Shown here: positions 1 through 12,727 of the stretch, piece after piece
Position numbering within the stretch: the stretch's first letter is position 1
How the letters are laid out: every line of letters begins with the position of its first letter
Source of the DNA: Octopus vulgaris
Lineage: Eukaryota
Assembly (NCBI GenBank): GCA_951406725.2
Contig: OX597833.1
Coordinates: 38,378,001 to 38,442,000 of the forward strand
DNA length: 64,000 nt
Direction: 5' to 3'
Notes under the pieces: generated by a model
The model's input: the letters and a program-made list of their open reading frames with translations, nothing else
What the model was told of the DNA's origin: nothing
The model's database searches: none
Program-made: the position numbers and the translations under genes

Positions 1-26
1 CAAACTGCCGTTTATATAGAGAGAGA
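1..26 (-). mobile_element. 5' end of a non-autonomous Helitron copy (rest lies outside the window)
   Basis: CAAACTGCCGTTTATATAGAGAGAGA|T nearly matches the terminus of the copy at 130-517; the minus strand reads A|TC. Confidence 0.7.
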
Positions 27-129
27 TGAGCCAATGAGGGAGACCTCTACATGGTAGCTAGACCTGGTAGAAATAGCAGCCAAATCTCCCTCAAATCACA
101 CCCTACTCTCTTATGTATGTATATATGTA

Positions 130-517
130 CTAGCAGTATCGCCCGGCGTTGCTCAGGTTTGTAAGGGAAATAACTATAAAGCATCTTTAGAGAGTTATAG
201 CCAAAAAATAGCAAAAAAAATGGAAAAAAAAATGATGGTAAATTTTTTTTTGAGAGTAAAAAAAGGTTGAGTTGCGTCCCCTAGACAGTCTGTGGTTTGT
301 TTTTTTTTATTCTCGACCCCATGTCAATTTATCGATTTTTTTCAGAACTGGGGGAACTTTTCAAAATTTTCGCTGCGTTAGTTTTGAATTATGACATTGG
401 GCTATGCGTGTGTCAAGTTTCATCAGAATCGGTTGAAAGCCGTGGTCAGGGTGAGGGTACGAGAAAACAGACACACAGAAACACGCACAGACAAACTGCC
501 GTTTATATATAGAGAGA
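130..517 (-). mobile_element. Non-autonomous Helitron (Lep1-like architecture)
   Basis: Minus strand starts A|TC and ends with an imperfect GC hairpin (CCTGAGCAACGCCGGG) followed by CTAG|T; inserted between A and T with no TSD; short ACAG/ACAC microsatellite near the 5' end. Confidence 0.75.
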
Positions 518-563
518 TGTATGTGTGTATAAATATATATATATGTACATGTATGTGTATATA

Positions 564-2089
564 CTGTAAAAAAGCCATGTAATTTGCACATGTGATTTTC
601 AGGATAAAAATTGTTAAGAAAAGGTACTCATGTAAAATTCGCACCCAAAAGTTTTCAGAATTGCTGATATGGCGAGGGAGAAATGGTTTTCAATTTAGTT
701 GTATTTAGCATAATTTCACTTACTTATGATTAGATTTTTATAAGTTTTCATTAAATAAAATTAATTTCTGTTTAACAAGTATCACATTGAAAGCTGTTAA
801 ATTACGAAGTCTTTGTGTTGTTTATAATAAAATTTGTTTTACATTTCTTCCCCACAAGAGATTATGTCCAATCTTTTGCATACTTCTGTACGTCTTCTTA
901 AATCACCATCACAGGAAAAAATTGTTGATAATTCTTATCAACTAAAACAAAGCTGATAAATATGCACAAGTGTTGCAAAATAAGTTTAATTACAAATAAA
1001 CATCAGCTTGGATGACACTTTACTCAACTGACAGAGGAAGGTAGCCGATCAAACTGATTATGTAAACAGAATTCTGATTGGTCAAAAGTGTCTTCTTGTC
1101 TCAAGCTCTGATTTTCTACCTATTCTTGTTGGAACCTTTGATACGGAATATCGAAATTTTAATCCCTTTCACACTTATAAAATGTCAAGCAAACTTTAAA
1201 ATTTGTCATTACTGTTTTAGCCAGGAGACCAAACTGATAGTTTGGCAACCCATTAAAATAAACTTTAAAAATCGACAAGCTTAACTTGGTGTTTATTGAG
1301 CAAAAGAGGTGCGAAATTTTAGAAGTGACTTGTTAGAATATACACATCTGTGAGGAGACATAAAAAAGAATAGTAAAAATCTACTATTCCAAAAAAACTG
1401 GTAATGCATACATTACAAGTGTTCTATGAAGTGAACATAAGATTGCTGCATAATTCGACATGAATGTGAAATGACATTAAACATTGTATAAGGTAAATGA
1501 AGGTTTCTGTAGGAACGCTAAGTCATATTCACTTAGTGAGTTTACATGCACAAGGATGAATTATGATGTTGTCGTTGTTGCCGTTAGATGCTGTAAGAGC
1601 TGATAATGGTGATACTGGCAATGAGGAATTTCATTGTGTCATAACATAGAGAAAGCTAGCGAATAGCTTCCTGGTGCAAATGCACGCTAGACTCCCCAAG
1701 CGTAGAAAAACTGATCTATTTAAGGAAATTGCTTGTCTCCTTTGTAATAGGTAGAAACTCCAAGCAATGTAAAATATGGCCCAGACTGTGATTACCAGCA
1801 TGAAAGTCAAACTTCAAAAAGTAATTAACCATTTAATGATTTTAGTAAATTTATACAGAAAATGTAAGCATTATACCGTCCAGCATAAATAAAAGTCAAC
1901 TGCATTATATTTTTTTCTGTAAAAACCTATTCTGACATTAAATGAGTCAACTTCCCGTACATCATTTACAACAAAAAAAGTTTCTAAAAAAATTCTGGAA
2001 ACAATCTACTCATGTAATTTATGCACCCCCCTTAAAGTTTATTTTTGTTTTTGTGGAAAAATTTGCGTAAATTACATGGGTTTTTATGG
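564..2089. mobile_element. Decayed Tc1/mariner-superfamily (pogo-like) DNA transposon
   Basis: TA on both sides; imperfect TIRs CTGTAAAAAAGCCATGTAATTTGCACA / TGCGTAAATTACATGGGTTTTTATGG; subterminal copies of the TIR core (TACTCATGTAA..GCACCC) near 625 and 2008; no intact ORF. Confidence 0.65.
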
Positions 2090-2157
2090 TACATATGTGT
2101 GTATATATACGTATGTGTGTGTGTGTATGTATGTGTGTATATATATATATATATTTG

Positions 2158-2195
<38 letters not shown>

Positions 2196-2482
2196 TGTAT
2201 ATGTATATTTAGCTAAATGATAGAAACTTGACTGAATATTCTGTATTTAAAATCACTACAATTGTTTCGACACTAACCTTTACACCCATAGTACATTGGT
2301 GAAATATTGTGTAATCATTAACATGCATCCACAGTGTAAAATGCTTCTCTTCTGGTAATTGTTTGAACAAGACCTTCAGTAAATCCTACCATCAATTCAC
2401 TTAGTGTGGGAATGCATACACAAAGTGATGTCATTTCCAGTAGCTTACAGAAAAAAACTAAACTTACATATGTTTGTGTATA

Positions 2483-2529
<47 letters not shown>

Positions 2530-2533
<4 letters not shown>

Positions 2534-2610
2534 CTCGACTAAAGGCGGTGCTCCAGCATGGCCGCAGTCAAATGACTGAAACAAGTAAAAGAGTAAAAGA
2601 GAGTAAAGAG
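2530..2610 (+). mobile_element. 3' tail of CORE-like (OR-type) SINE
   Basis: GGCGGTGCTCCAGCATGGCCGCAGTCAAATGACTGAAACAAGTAAAAGAGTAAAAGA; the same tail recurs many times in the window. Confidence 0.8.
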
Positions 2611-2760
2611 TATATATACAAACCAAAGACCTATACACACACATGTAAATACATACATACATGGCGTAGAAACATTGCCAGATCAAACTGGGCCTGGTGC
2701 AGCCTTCTGGAAAGCGGACGCTAAATGATGATGATGATGATGATGATGCATGCATATATA

Positions 2761-2813
<53 letters not shown>

Positions 2814-3526
2814 ATGCATGTATGTATGTATTTACATGTGTATGTATAGGTTTTTGGTTTGTGTTAGCTATCACAATGAAGGGTTTGCACAGTAATTGCC
2901 TACATTGGGCACTATTGTGTTTCTTGTGTTATTTATGTTGTATTTACCAAGTTCCCTTTTAATTGTTGTTTCTCTGCTAATTTTTGTGATGTGCATGTTG
3001 CTGAGACGAGCTTTTCTCTGATTCATAGCATTTTAGAAGTGGATTGTCTAAGATCCCATGTAAAATGTACATATATGCTTTCTAGAATATAAAAAATTCT
3101 AATGGTGAAACTCTCATTAAGTTTCTTCAAGTTTTTTGGAGGACAATTGCGTAATGGTAGGCATTATATTCCGAACTGTTGCTGTGTAGGATTTGCAAGA
3201 GTGCAAAGTGCAGAAATGGGAAATTGAGCATAGCAACAGACTAAAGCTTTCGCTTCAAATAAATTAGCACACACACTTACGCACATAGAATGTGTGGAAA
3301 GATGCACAAGGGATCTTACTTATGGAAAGTATAATTATGGAATGGTGCAGTGATCTGATAAATATATACTCTAATCTACAGGTAGCAGAGTTCTGAAATT
3401 ATGGTCAATTGAAGAACCTACTCAGCCAAATTTGAATGGTCTTTTAATTTCTTTCATTCTTTGCCATATGCTTTCACTGTTACTACACTGTACCATTCAC
3501 TACAATTCTGAGTATCTGTTTATTAA

Positions 3527-3747
3527 CCCGTTCATTATCATATTCCTACCCCAAATACACTGTATTTGTTTCAGATAATTTTGGAAATGATGAATTTCGT
3601 AAAATAACTTTCCTCTCATTAAGCTGGTGTTTCGAACATAAATTAACATGAAATTTTGTTGAAAGGTTTTAAATTTAGATCGCTTTAAGACAGGACATTC
3701 GCATCATTGAACTGTGGGCAGTCTCAGGCAGTTTGGTATCGAAAGTG
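3527..3747. mobile_element. piggyBac-like MITE, family B
   Basis: Flanked by TTAA, CCC start, degenerate TIR; related copies at 23526-23740 and ~36600-36810. Confidence 0.65.
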
Positions 3748-4149
3748 TTAAAGATATATTCCAGTTATATACTGGGGTAAATCAACTAGCTGGATGTCAC
3801 CTAGCTCGCTCCTTCCCCTCTCATTCTTGGCATTGTGCCAAATCAATAAATCAGTATTTTAATCTCTGATGAGGGAGGAGACTGAAATCTCTTCAATAAT
3901 AGCCTCTCCCATCACACCCCAAAACAATAATACAATGTTATGTATTAATTAGCATATGTTGGGGAAATAGAAAATGTGTGTGTGTGTGTGTGTGCGTGTG
4001 TGTGCTGCACGTCTGTGATTTGCTTCATTTCATTAACTATTAATGAATTTCAAAAAAAAAACAAGCTAATAACAAAACAAAAAAATAAACACTATTCATC
4101 TCTTCTTCTTTCACTTCTGTCTGCCTTAATACTCTCTATATTTATATAG

Positions 4150-4196
<47 letters not shown>

Positions 4197-4201
4197 GTCC
4201 T

Positions 4202-4233
<32 letters not shown>

Positions 4234-4519
4234 TCTATCTGTCCTTCTGTCTGTCTGTCTATCCATCTATCTATCTATCTAGATCTCCTTATCTGATTAT
4301 ATCTTATCCCTCTCTATGTTGTCTCTGTCTTTCTCTGTATCATCTGTCTGTCTATCTCTTTAAGTGTTTATGTATCTATCACTATTTTCTTCATATCTCT
4401 CTTTCTCCCAATCTGTCTGTCCATAGAAACTATATGACCATGCATACACACGCACAATGTATGTGTGTCTCTATGATTATGTATGTATTTGTGTATATGT
4501 AAATATGTGTGTGTGTGTA

Positions 4520-4570
<51 letters not shown>

Positions 4571-4925
4571 CATTATGCTAAAGGTAGAATGGAAATATCC
4601 CTAAGCTGGCTGTCTGGAACTTACCTTTCCTTCCTTTCTTTCTTTTCTTCCATCTGTCTTTTCCTCTTTTTTTTTTCTGTCTTGCTTCACTTTTTTGGAA
4701 AAAAAAATGTGAAGATAGACAGAAATGATGATGTTGATAGTGATGGTGATATGTTGTTGGTTGTGGGAGTGATGTTTGTGGTAGTAGGTGTGATATTGGT
4801 GGTTGTGGGAGTGACGTTGGCGGTTGTGGGAGGAAGGTTGATGGTTGTGGTGTGTTGTTGATGGTGTCTATTGTTTTTCGAGGATTGTGGCTGGTGTGTG
4901 TATATGTGCACATATACACACACCA

Positions 4926-4981
<56 letters not shown>

Positions 4982-4983
4982 TT

Positions 4984-5053
<70 letters not shown>

Positions 5054-5685
5054 TATATATATGAATATGTATTTGTGGTGGAGACTCGATGTGCATCTTT
5101 GTATATACTTATTTTTGTGTGTATGTATAGGTGTTTCCCTGCGTGTAATTTTCTCTGCATATTGATATATGTGTGTGTGTGTATGTGCGCCTGTCTAGGT
5201 ATGCATAGATAGCTCTAGGTTTATTTATATATGTAGTTACATATCCTTCTCTGTACATACATACATATGCATGCATGTGTGTATGTGTATATACATATGA
5301 CTATATGCATTTATTGTTGTTTATTTGTGTTTGCATGCATGCATGTATCTGTGTATGTGTGTGTGTGTGTGTGTGTATGCTTGCAATGTTCCCAGTTACC
5401 GGTACTTCCTGTCTTGCTCCCATATATAATGTATGTTGTCTGGTGTATCTGTAATATATGTGTGAGGTATGATGTAATATATATGTAGAGAGGTACATAA
5501 TGTATCTGTGAGAGGCACTGCTGCCACCATGTAATAAATTCAACTCATGTGATGTCATGTGATGTAATGTTTGGCCTGTACGCAGCAGCCTTGCTGCCTC
5601 TTATCCACTTGTCTGCATCAATGTCTTCTTCTGCTGTTTCCTCCTCCTCCTCCTATCTCCCCACTACACAGCTGCAGTTTTGCTG

Positions 5686-5740
5686 TCTATCTATCCATCT
5701 ATCTATCCATCCATCTATCTATCTATCCATCCATCCATCC

Positions 5741-5772
<32 letters not shown>

Positions 5773-5827
5773 CTTTCTTTCTTTCTTTCTTTCTCTCTGT
5801 CTGTCTATCTGTCCATCTAACAGTCTG

Positions 5828-5898
<71 letters not shown>

Positions 5899-5931
5899 CT
5901 CTGTCTGTCTATCTGTCCATCTAACTGTCTG

Positions 5932-5990
<59 letters not shown>

Positions 5991-6046
5991 CTCTATCTGT
6001 CTATCTGTCCGTCTAACTGTCTGTCTGTCTGTCTGTCTATCTGTCC

Positions 6047-6080
<34 letters not shown>

Positions 6081-6180
6081 ATATCTATCTGTTTCTGTCT
6101 TTCTATCTGTCTATGTATGTATGTATGTATGTATGTATGTATGTATGTATGTATGTATGTATGTATGTATCTATCTATCT
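5686..6180. repeat. Compound (CTAT)n/(CTGT)n/(GTAT)n microsatellite with a ~100-bp higher-order unit
   Basis: The marker CTATCTGTCCATCTAAC recurs near 5805, 5910 and 6000 between CTAT runs. Confidence 0.9.
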
Positions 6181-6760
6181 ATCTAACTGTTTGTCTGTCT
6201 ATCAATCTGACTGTTTATCTATCACTCTTTCCATCCATGTCTGTTCATATGTCTGTCTGTTTGTCTGACTATTCGTATGTCTGTCTATCTCTCTCTTTCT
6301 GTCCGTCTGTCTGTCTCTATCTGTCTCTGTCTCACTTTCTCTTTCTTGGTATCTGTTTGTCTGTGCCTGTCTAGCTATCTGTTTATATTTGTTTGTCTAT
6401 CGACCTGTTTGTTTGTCTGTTTGTCTGTCTGTCTATCTCTGTCTGCTTGTTTGTTTGTTTGTCTATCTAGCTGTCTATCTATTGTTTCTCAGTTTTTCTG
6501 TCTATCTTCCTGTTTGTCTATCTCATTGTCCTATCTCCCTGATTGTCTATCCATCTATCTGTATATCTTTCTCTATTTGACCATCTTGCCATCCATATAT
6601 CTATCCATCTCTGTAATGTTGCCTGTCCATTGATATTTGTCTGTCTGTCCAGCAATTAATATATATCTATCTGTCTATCCATACATATATTTACCTATCT
6701 TGCCATTAACATATCTTTCCATTTATTTATTTTTTTAGTACTTACACCCTCTCCCCCCCA

Positions 6761-7150
6761 CACAGGTATAGCCATATGGTTTTGGTTTCTGTCCCATTGT
6801 GTAGTACCTTGGGCAAGTGTGTTTTACTATAGCTTTTAACTAAGTATTGTGAGTGGGTTCTGTAAATGGAAACTAACAGAAGCTCATATGTATGTATGTG
6901 TGTGTGCATGCATGTTTGTGTCTCTTTGCTTTGTCTTGACACCATGCATTAGTAGCAAACAAGTGATATCTTTATACAAGCAGTGCTGTTTATTTTCAAT
7001 CTTCCATGAAAACATGTCCAGTCTTGTGGAAACATTACCTTGCGTAGAAACAAGTGGAGGTTGGCATCAGGATGGCCATCCAACCATAGGAAATCTGCCT
7101 TAACAAATTCTATGCAAGAATCGAGAAGTGAACATTAAATGATGATGATG
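6761..7150 (+). mobile_element. tRNA-derived CORE-like SINE with RTE-type tail
   Basis: Core CCTTGGGCAAGTGT..ACTATAGC; tail GTTGGCATCAGGATGGCCATCC..(GAT)n. Confidence 0.75.
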
Positions 7151-7177
7151 AGATGTGTGTGTATATATAGAGAGAGA

Positions 7178-7409
7178 TCTTTTACTTATTTCAGTCACTT
7201 CAATGTGGCCTTTCTGGGGCACTGTGTTGAAGGGTTTAGTTGAGCAAACTGCCTCTGCTACTTATTTTACCTTTTGTTTTTTAAGTGTGGTACTTATTCT
7301 GTTCATCTCTTTAGCCAAACTACTAAGTTACATGAGATGTAAACAAGCCAACATTGGTCGAGTTATGGCGGAGGGGGAGACAAACGCAAAGCACACACGC
7401 GAACACACA

Positions 7410-7442
<33 letters not shown>

Positions 7443-7596
7443 GGCTTCCACACAGTTTCCATATATCAAATTCACTCATAAGGCTTTTGATGTCCTGGGC
7501 TTATTGCAGAAGACACTTGTCCAAGATGAGATGTGGGATTGAACCTGAAATCATGTGGTTGCAATGTGAGCTTCTTAGTCACAAAGCCAATACCTG
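7178..7596 (-). mobile_element. CORE-like (OR-type) SINE, near full length
   Basis: Reverse complement of head, core, internal (TG)n and AAGTAAAAGA tail. Confidence 0.8.
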
Positions 7597-7741
7597 TTTG
7601 TCCTGTTCCACTACCTACCAGTCTATATATGTATCAATAGTTTTATCCATTTTTCAGTCTGCCGCTTTCTTTTTTACATTTATGCCATTTTTCTGGTGTC
7701 CATTCATCTGCCAGTATTTCTCTCCAATTTTCTCTATCCAC

Positions 7742-7786
<45 letters not shown>

Positions 7787-8456
7787 ATATATATGTATGT
7801 ATTTCTAACTATCTTCTTCTTTCACAGTCTTTCCATATATCTGGCAGTCTCTTGCTATGTCTGACAATCTCCTGTTTATCTCATTTTCTGTATGCATCTA
7901 TCTGTCTTTCTCTACCATATACTTTCCATATCTCTCTGTCTGGTGATGTTGATAAAAAAGAAAATTCTTCGAAAAAAAGATAAATTCATCAAGTCTTCAT
8001 TTACCTGCTCACCATATACAGACTACATGTTACATGTTTGTTCTTTCTGCATTTTCTATTGGTACCTTGACAGATTTTATCCCCTAAAAATGGCAACTCT
8101 AATCCATCCATCTGAAATTTCTACCTTTCAAACTTAAAACACTCTCTGTCTCACCTCACTTTCTTACCTTGTTCTAATCAAGTTAACCTTTCCACAGGGT
8201 CTGTTTCTAGAATTCACTAACTTTCATCAATTACAAACCTGCAAATACCCACAGTTATTATTAACCACATTATTTTTACTCAGTCAGTGTTTTCACACTC
8301 TAGCAGAATATGATGGAAGTGCTTGAGATCAGCCCTATTCTTTTGTCTTTAGATATACATATTGAAGAAAAAAAAAGAAAGAAAAATCATCTGGTCCAGT
8401 CAGACAGAATACCTAAATTTCAGGCTTTGTGCCAATGTTAGAAACAATTATTTTTC

Positions 8457-8672
8457 AGTGAGTCGGCAGAATTGTTAATGTGCTGGATGAAATTCTTAGC
8501 GGTATTTCACCCATTGCTACATTTTGAGTTCAAATTCTGCTGAGGTTGACTTTGCCTTTCATCCTTTTGGAGTCCATAAATTGAGTACCAGTGAAACACT
8601 GAGGTCACTTGTAATCAGCTAGTCCTCTCCTCCCAAATTTCAAGCCTTGTGCCTTTAACAGAAAGGATTATT
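8457..8672 (+). mobile_element. Nin/Deu-domain SINE
   Basis: B-box-like GAGTTCAAATTC, then GTTGACTTTGCCTTTCATCCTTTTGGAGTCCATAAATTGAGTACCAG (resembles the Nin/Deu domain). Confidence 0.8.
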
Positions 8673-8705
8673 TCTAACATACAGGTGGCAAGCTGGCAGA
8701 ATCAT

Positions 8706-8860
8706 TCCCAGTACTCACCTGGTACTTATTTTATTGACTATCAAAAGATGAAAGGCAAAGTTGACCTCAGTGGTATTTAAACTGAGAGTGTAAAGAGCTG
8801 AAAGAAATGCTGCCAAGCATTTTGACCAATGCATTAATAATTCTGCCATCTTGTTACCTT
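8706..8860 (-). mobile_element. Nin/Deu-domain SINE, inverted relative to its neighbour
   Basis: CTGGTACTTATTTTATTGAC..GATGAAAGGCAAAGTTGACCTCAG. Confidence 0.75.
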
Positions 8861-9139
8861 AATAACAATAAGAATAATTTCATCATTTTTATTTACCACA
8901 AGGTCCCATTCATTCCTACAATATGTTAGAAATATGGTTTACTTGGCATGTGATGATGTACAATCATAAAAGAGAATGAGAAATTAGTAAAAACATTATA
9001 TATTGAAACACTGTAAAAAATTGTTGATATAAATGCTAACTACACAAAATAGATATCTACAAATAAAGGTACTCCAATCATGCACAGAAGAACTGCATCC
9101 AAAGTTAAATCAAAACTCTCCATGATTCTAATTACACTC

Positions 9140-9960
9140 CACCTTCATACATTTTTCACCTAAGTACTGAAAATTTGAGCAACTTGAGTGTTGGAGTGGG
9201 TAAGCAGGGGCTCATGCTCCCATGGTGGTTAAGCTGTCACACTTTGTAATGGTGTAAGTTGATGCTCATATGTACATATGTATCTTTCCATCTGAGTCCA
9301 TTTTTTGCCAATCTGCACTTTTTGTTAATTGCTCTTGCAATTTGTTTAAATTTTTTCCCCGCTGGTTGGTCATTATTCAAAGTTTTGTGGACTTCATAAC
9401 TACCGAGGTGATGTGTCCTTCTTTGTACATTCTGCTTACTTTTTGTTTGACTTCGTTTATTTTCTCAAGTTTAACACTCCAGTTCATTCTTTATGCTTTC
9501 TTCATTGTTGCAAGATGATAGAGTGCTACTATTTGTTGTAGTTGGGTGGAGGATACCTGATTATTGGCTTCTAGCACTTGGATGATGCATGTGTGTCTTG
9601 CAGTTAGTTACTGTTGTAGCTTGTGTGAGTGGGTGTGTGTTAATTTTTATTTTTATGTTTTTGCTTTTCCAGCTCCTAATTGGGCAGAAAGTGGCTCTTA
9701 CTGCTAATGGTATAACAGGTGATCTTTCTGCCCCACACCACCAGTGTTATCACATTTTTATATGTAGCCACAATAAGATACAGTTTAGGAATGTTCTGAG
9801 ATCTTTGGAGGTCATCAGGGTTTGTATGTCCATGTTGAATGCAGATCCCACCCAACCACATGTTACTCAATGTTGCCCTAGTGCTTACCACCTGCTGGTT
9901 CTGTACTACAACAATTATGATAATGGGCCAATGTTCAGCATTATCACCAGTGTGTCTTGA
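9140..9960 (-). pseudogene. Heavily decayed non-LTR retrotransposon RT remnant
   Basis: Minus-strand fragments SNFQYLGE (~9155-9180) and PDDLQ resemble RT motifs FxYLG and xDD; many stops. Confidence 0.3.
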
Positions 9961-10145
9961 TGTGACTCATGATATATCATTTCATGCATTATGACACTAG
10001 CCTGTGAGTAGTTATGCAATTCACAAGCTTTACCTGTTCTCTTGCTTCTTCCTCAATTTTCAAAGAATGTGCACACAGTTCCTATGCTCTTCTCCAGTTG
10101 ATAGAACTGCAACATTTCACACATTGGTCAGGGTGTTTTTCTTAA

Positions 10146-10335
10146 CCTTTTAGCATTCAGATTACTCTGTCAAATGTAATGTATATTTAATCACATTGTC
10201 TTAAATTAATCATGCATTATCTTGGAGACTTGAGATGTCTCCAAAATGACATTGTAGGGTTGGTGTGAAAAGCCATGTCTGGCTGGTTTGAACATAAAAT
10301 AGGTAGAATATTTGACCTGTTTGAATGCTAAATGT
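10146..10335. mobile_element. piggyBac-like MITE, family A
   Basis: TTAA flanks; family TIR CCCTTTAGCATT/AATGCTAAAGGG, degenerate in this copy. Confidence 0.8.
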
Positions 10336-12727
10336 TTAAATATCCTGTTGTGTCTAGAGAGAGTCATTACACCAATAGTAGGTTAACTGTTCCTTTGATA
10401 GTGTATTAAAAGCGCCTCTGTTTTTGTTGAGGCTGAAGTATATCATTTTCCTCATTACTCTTTTTTCAATGAAATCATCAGACAAAGAAGCAGAACTGTT
10501 TGTAAAAAAAACCTGTCCCGTGTATTCCTTAAGGAGGGCTAACTCATAGTATTTCTCTCCGTCTCGTAACACTAGCAAAGCTGTTGTTGTTATTGCTTTT
10601 ATTGTTAAAATTTTTCTATTTGTGTGTGTTGCAGTACAAAGGAGTATATTAATGTATGCATTCCTTTGCAATTGTCATACTTATTAAGGTATTAATGTCT
10701 CTGTTTGTAATTATGTATTAGGGTTAAGGTTAGTTTGTTTAATTGTCATATTTTTTGTTTCTTATTTTCATTTTATTTTTTAAAATAGTCTGTTTTTGAT
10801 TTCATAGTTTTTTTTAATTTCCTCAAAATTCATGGGAATGTATATGCTACTACTACCTTTGCAGAGAAAGAAGCCATATTGAAACACACATTATGTCTGC
10901 CTATAAAGTATAGTAAAAAAAATGTCAAGGACCTACCCTATTTTACTCTCTCAGGGTAAATAAAGTGGACAGTGATATGTTCCAGAGTTGTTGGTAAAAT
11001 AATCCAAAGAAAAAGAAAATTTTTCACTCAGTGAAATTTGGTAATGATCTAAATTCATTAGAGTGAGTCTAAAGACACCTGCAAGATATAGCAGCTAAAT
11101 TCTTGACATCTAGTGATAGTCTTAAACAGGTGTCACAGTCATGCAAGGTGTGTTCTCTGTTTCCAGTCTTCTGCGAAAATATGTATGGTTATGGAGAAAT
11201 ATTAGCTTACTTGGAAATAAAATGGATGGAGGTTGGCAACAGGCAGGACATCCAGTTGTAGAAAATTCACCTCAACAAATTCCATCCAACCCTTGCAAGC
11301 ATTGAAAAGTGGACGTTGATGATGTTACACACTCGTGTGTGTGTGTGTGTGTGTGTGTGTGGAGGGCACAGGCATGGTTATGTGTTTAAGCAGTTGGCTT
11401 CAACTTCATGTGGTTTTGGGTTCAGTCCCACTGCACTGTACCTTGGTGTTTTCTACTATAGGTTCATTTGTCCAAATCCTAGTGAGTGAATTTGGTAGAT
11501 GTAAACTGAAAGGAGCTCCTCGTGTGTGTGTGTGTGATACATTTGTACTGTATGATAATCACAAAGTTATGAATGATGTCACATCTCTTGTCAACATCAT
11601 CTGTTTCCTTTGTGTCTTCAATGACATAGGAAATAAAAGATCTCATGCTTGAAAAACGGGTAAGGGTTAACCATAGGAAGGACTTCCAGCTGTAAAACAA
11701 AGCTTTGATAATAGTATTGACATCAAGAAGGGCATCTGACCATAAATTACTGCCTCAAAAATATACTAGCCAACCCATACTAATATTAAAAAAAAATACA
11801 GTTTAAAAAAACCCATCATGATGATAATGATGGTGAAGGTAAAATGTTGAAATATGTATATGTTCCAAAGCACTCACCTCAGGTAAAATGGAGTACCTGA
11901 CAAAATTTTTAATGTCCTTTAACACTGACAAATGCCTTCTTGCTATGAAATTACAAATGAAATCTAGGAGTGCAGACATCCAGTCATACCAATTTTACTA
12001 TTCTTACGTTTCACAAACAAGTCAGTGGAGAAAGCCTCTATGCAAATGTTTGACCTGCTAGAATAGCTGCCAAATTTCCCTGAAATCACACCCTATACAT
12101 CTTGAAAAAAAAAGATGTGTAGTTTTTTGTAATCTTGTGTGGCTGGAAATCCTTTTAGAGCAAAGGTCTGCTTGATCAGCAACAACAACAACAGTTGCTT
12201 TTCCTAAAATTTACTTGAGGGTAGCACCCTAACTTACTTCTTTAGTGAGTAAGATTTTTAACATTGGCACAAGACCACATATTTTGGGGGAAGAAAATAG
12301 TTGATTAAATGAACCCCAATGTATAATTTAATTTGTTGGACACTTAATTCAAAACAACGTGAATATATAAGTACTACATTTTGACAGAGTAATTTGAATG
12401 CTAAAGGATTAAATATATTGCAAAGCATTTTGTTCAGTGCTCTACTGGTTTAACCTTCCCGCCAATTCATTGAGGTTTTCCAACACTGGTGTTTGAAAAA
12501 AAAAACAAAGCAATTAAATATTGCAAGGTGTTTTACTAAGTGATTAACAGATTCAGGTGTAGGAGGAAGGTACCAGCCATTTTTTACTTGGGGTTATAAA
12601 TAACTGCATTTCGTATCAATTATCTTTTACGTGTTTCAGTCATTTTGATGGTGGCCATGCTGGGACACTGCCTTGGAGAGTTTTAGTCAAACAAACCAGC
12701 CTCAGGACTTACTTTTTTAAGCCTAGT

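Noticed and set aside
3866-3900. CTGATGA...GAAA hammerhead-like core (similar at 41810-41840, minus)
   Set aside because: Stems II and III cannot pair properly
2318-6633. Many overlapping ORFs with [12 protein letters not shown] and LSIY repeats
   Set aside because: They are translations of di- and tetranucleotide microsatellites that lack stop codons; no coding signal
10354-10671. Protein-like 105-aa minus-strand ORF in unique sequence
   Set aside because: No convincing splice sites or family motif; it may be regulatory (CCTTTGAT site) but is unsupported as a CDS
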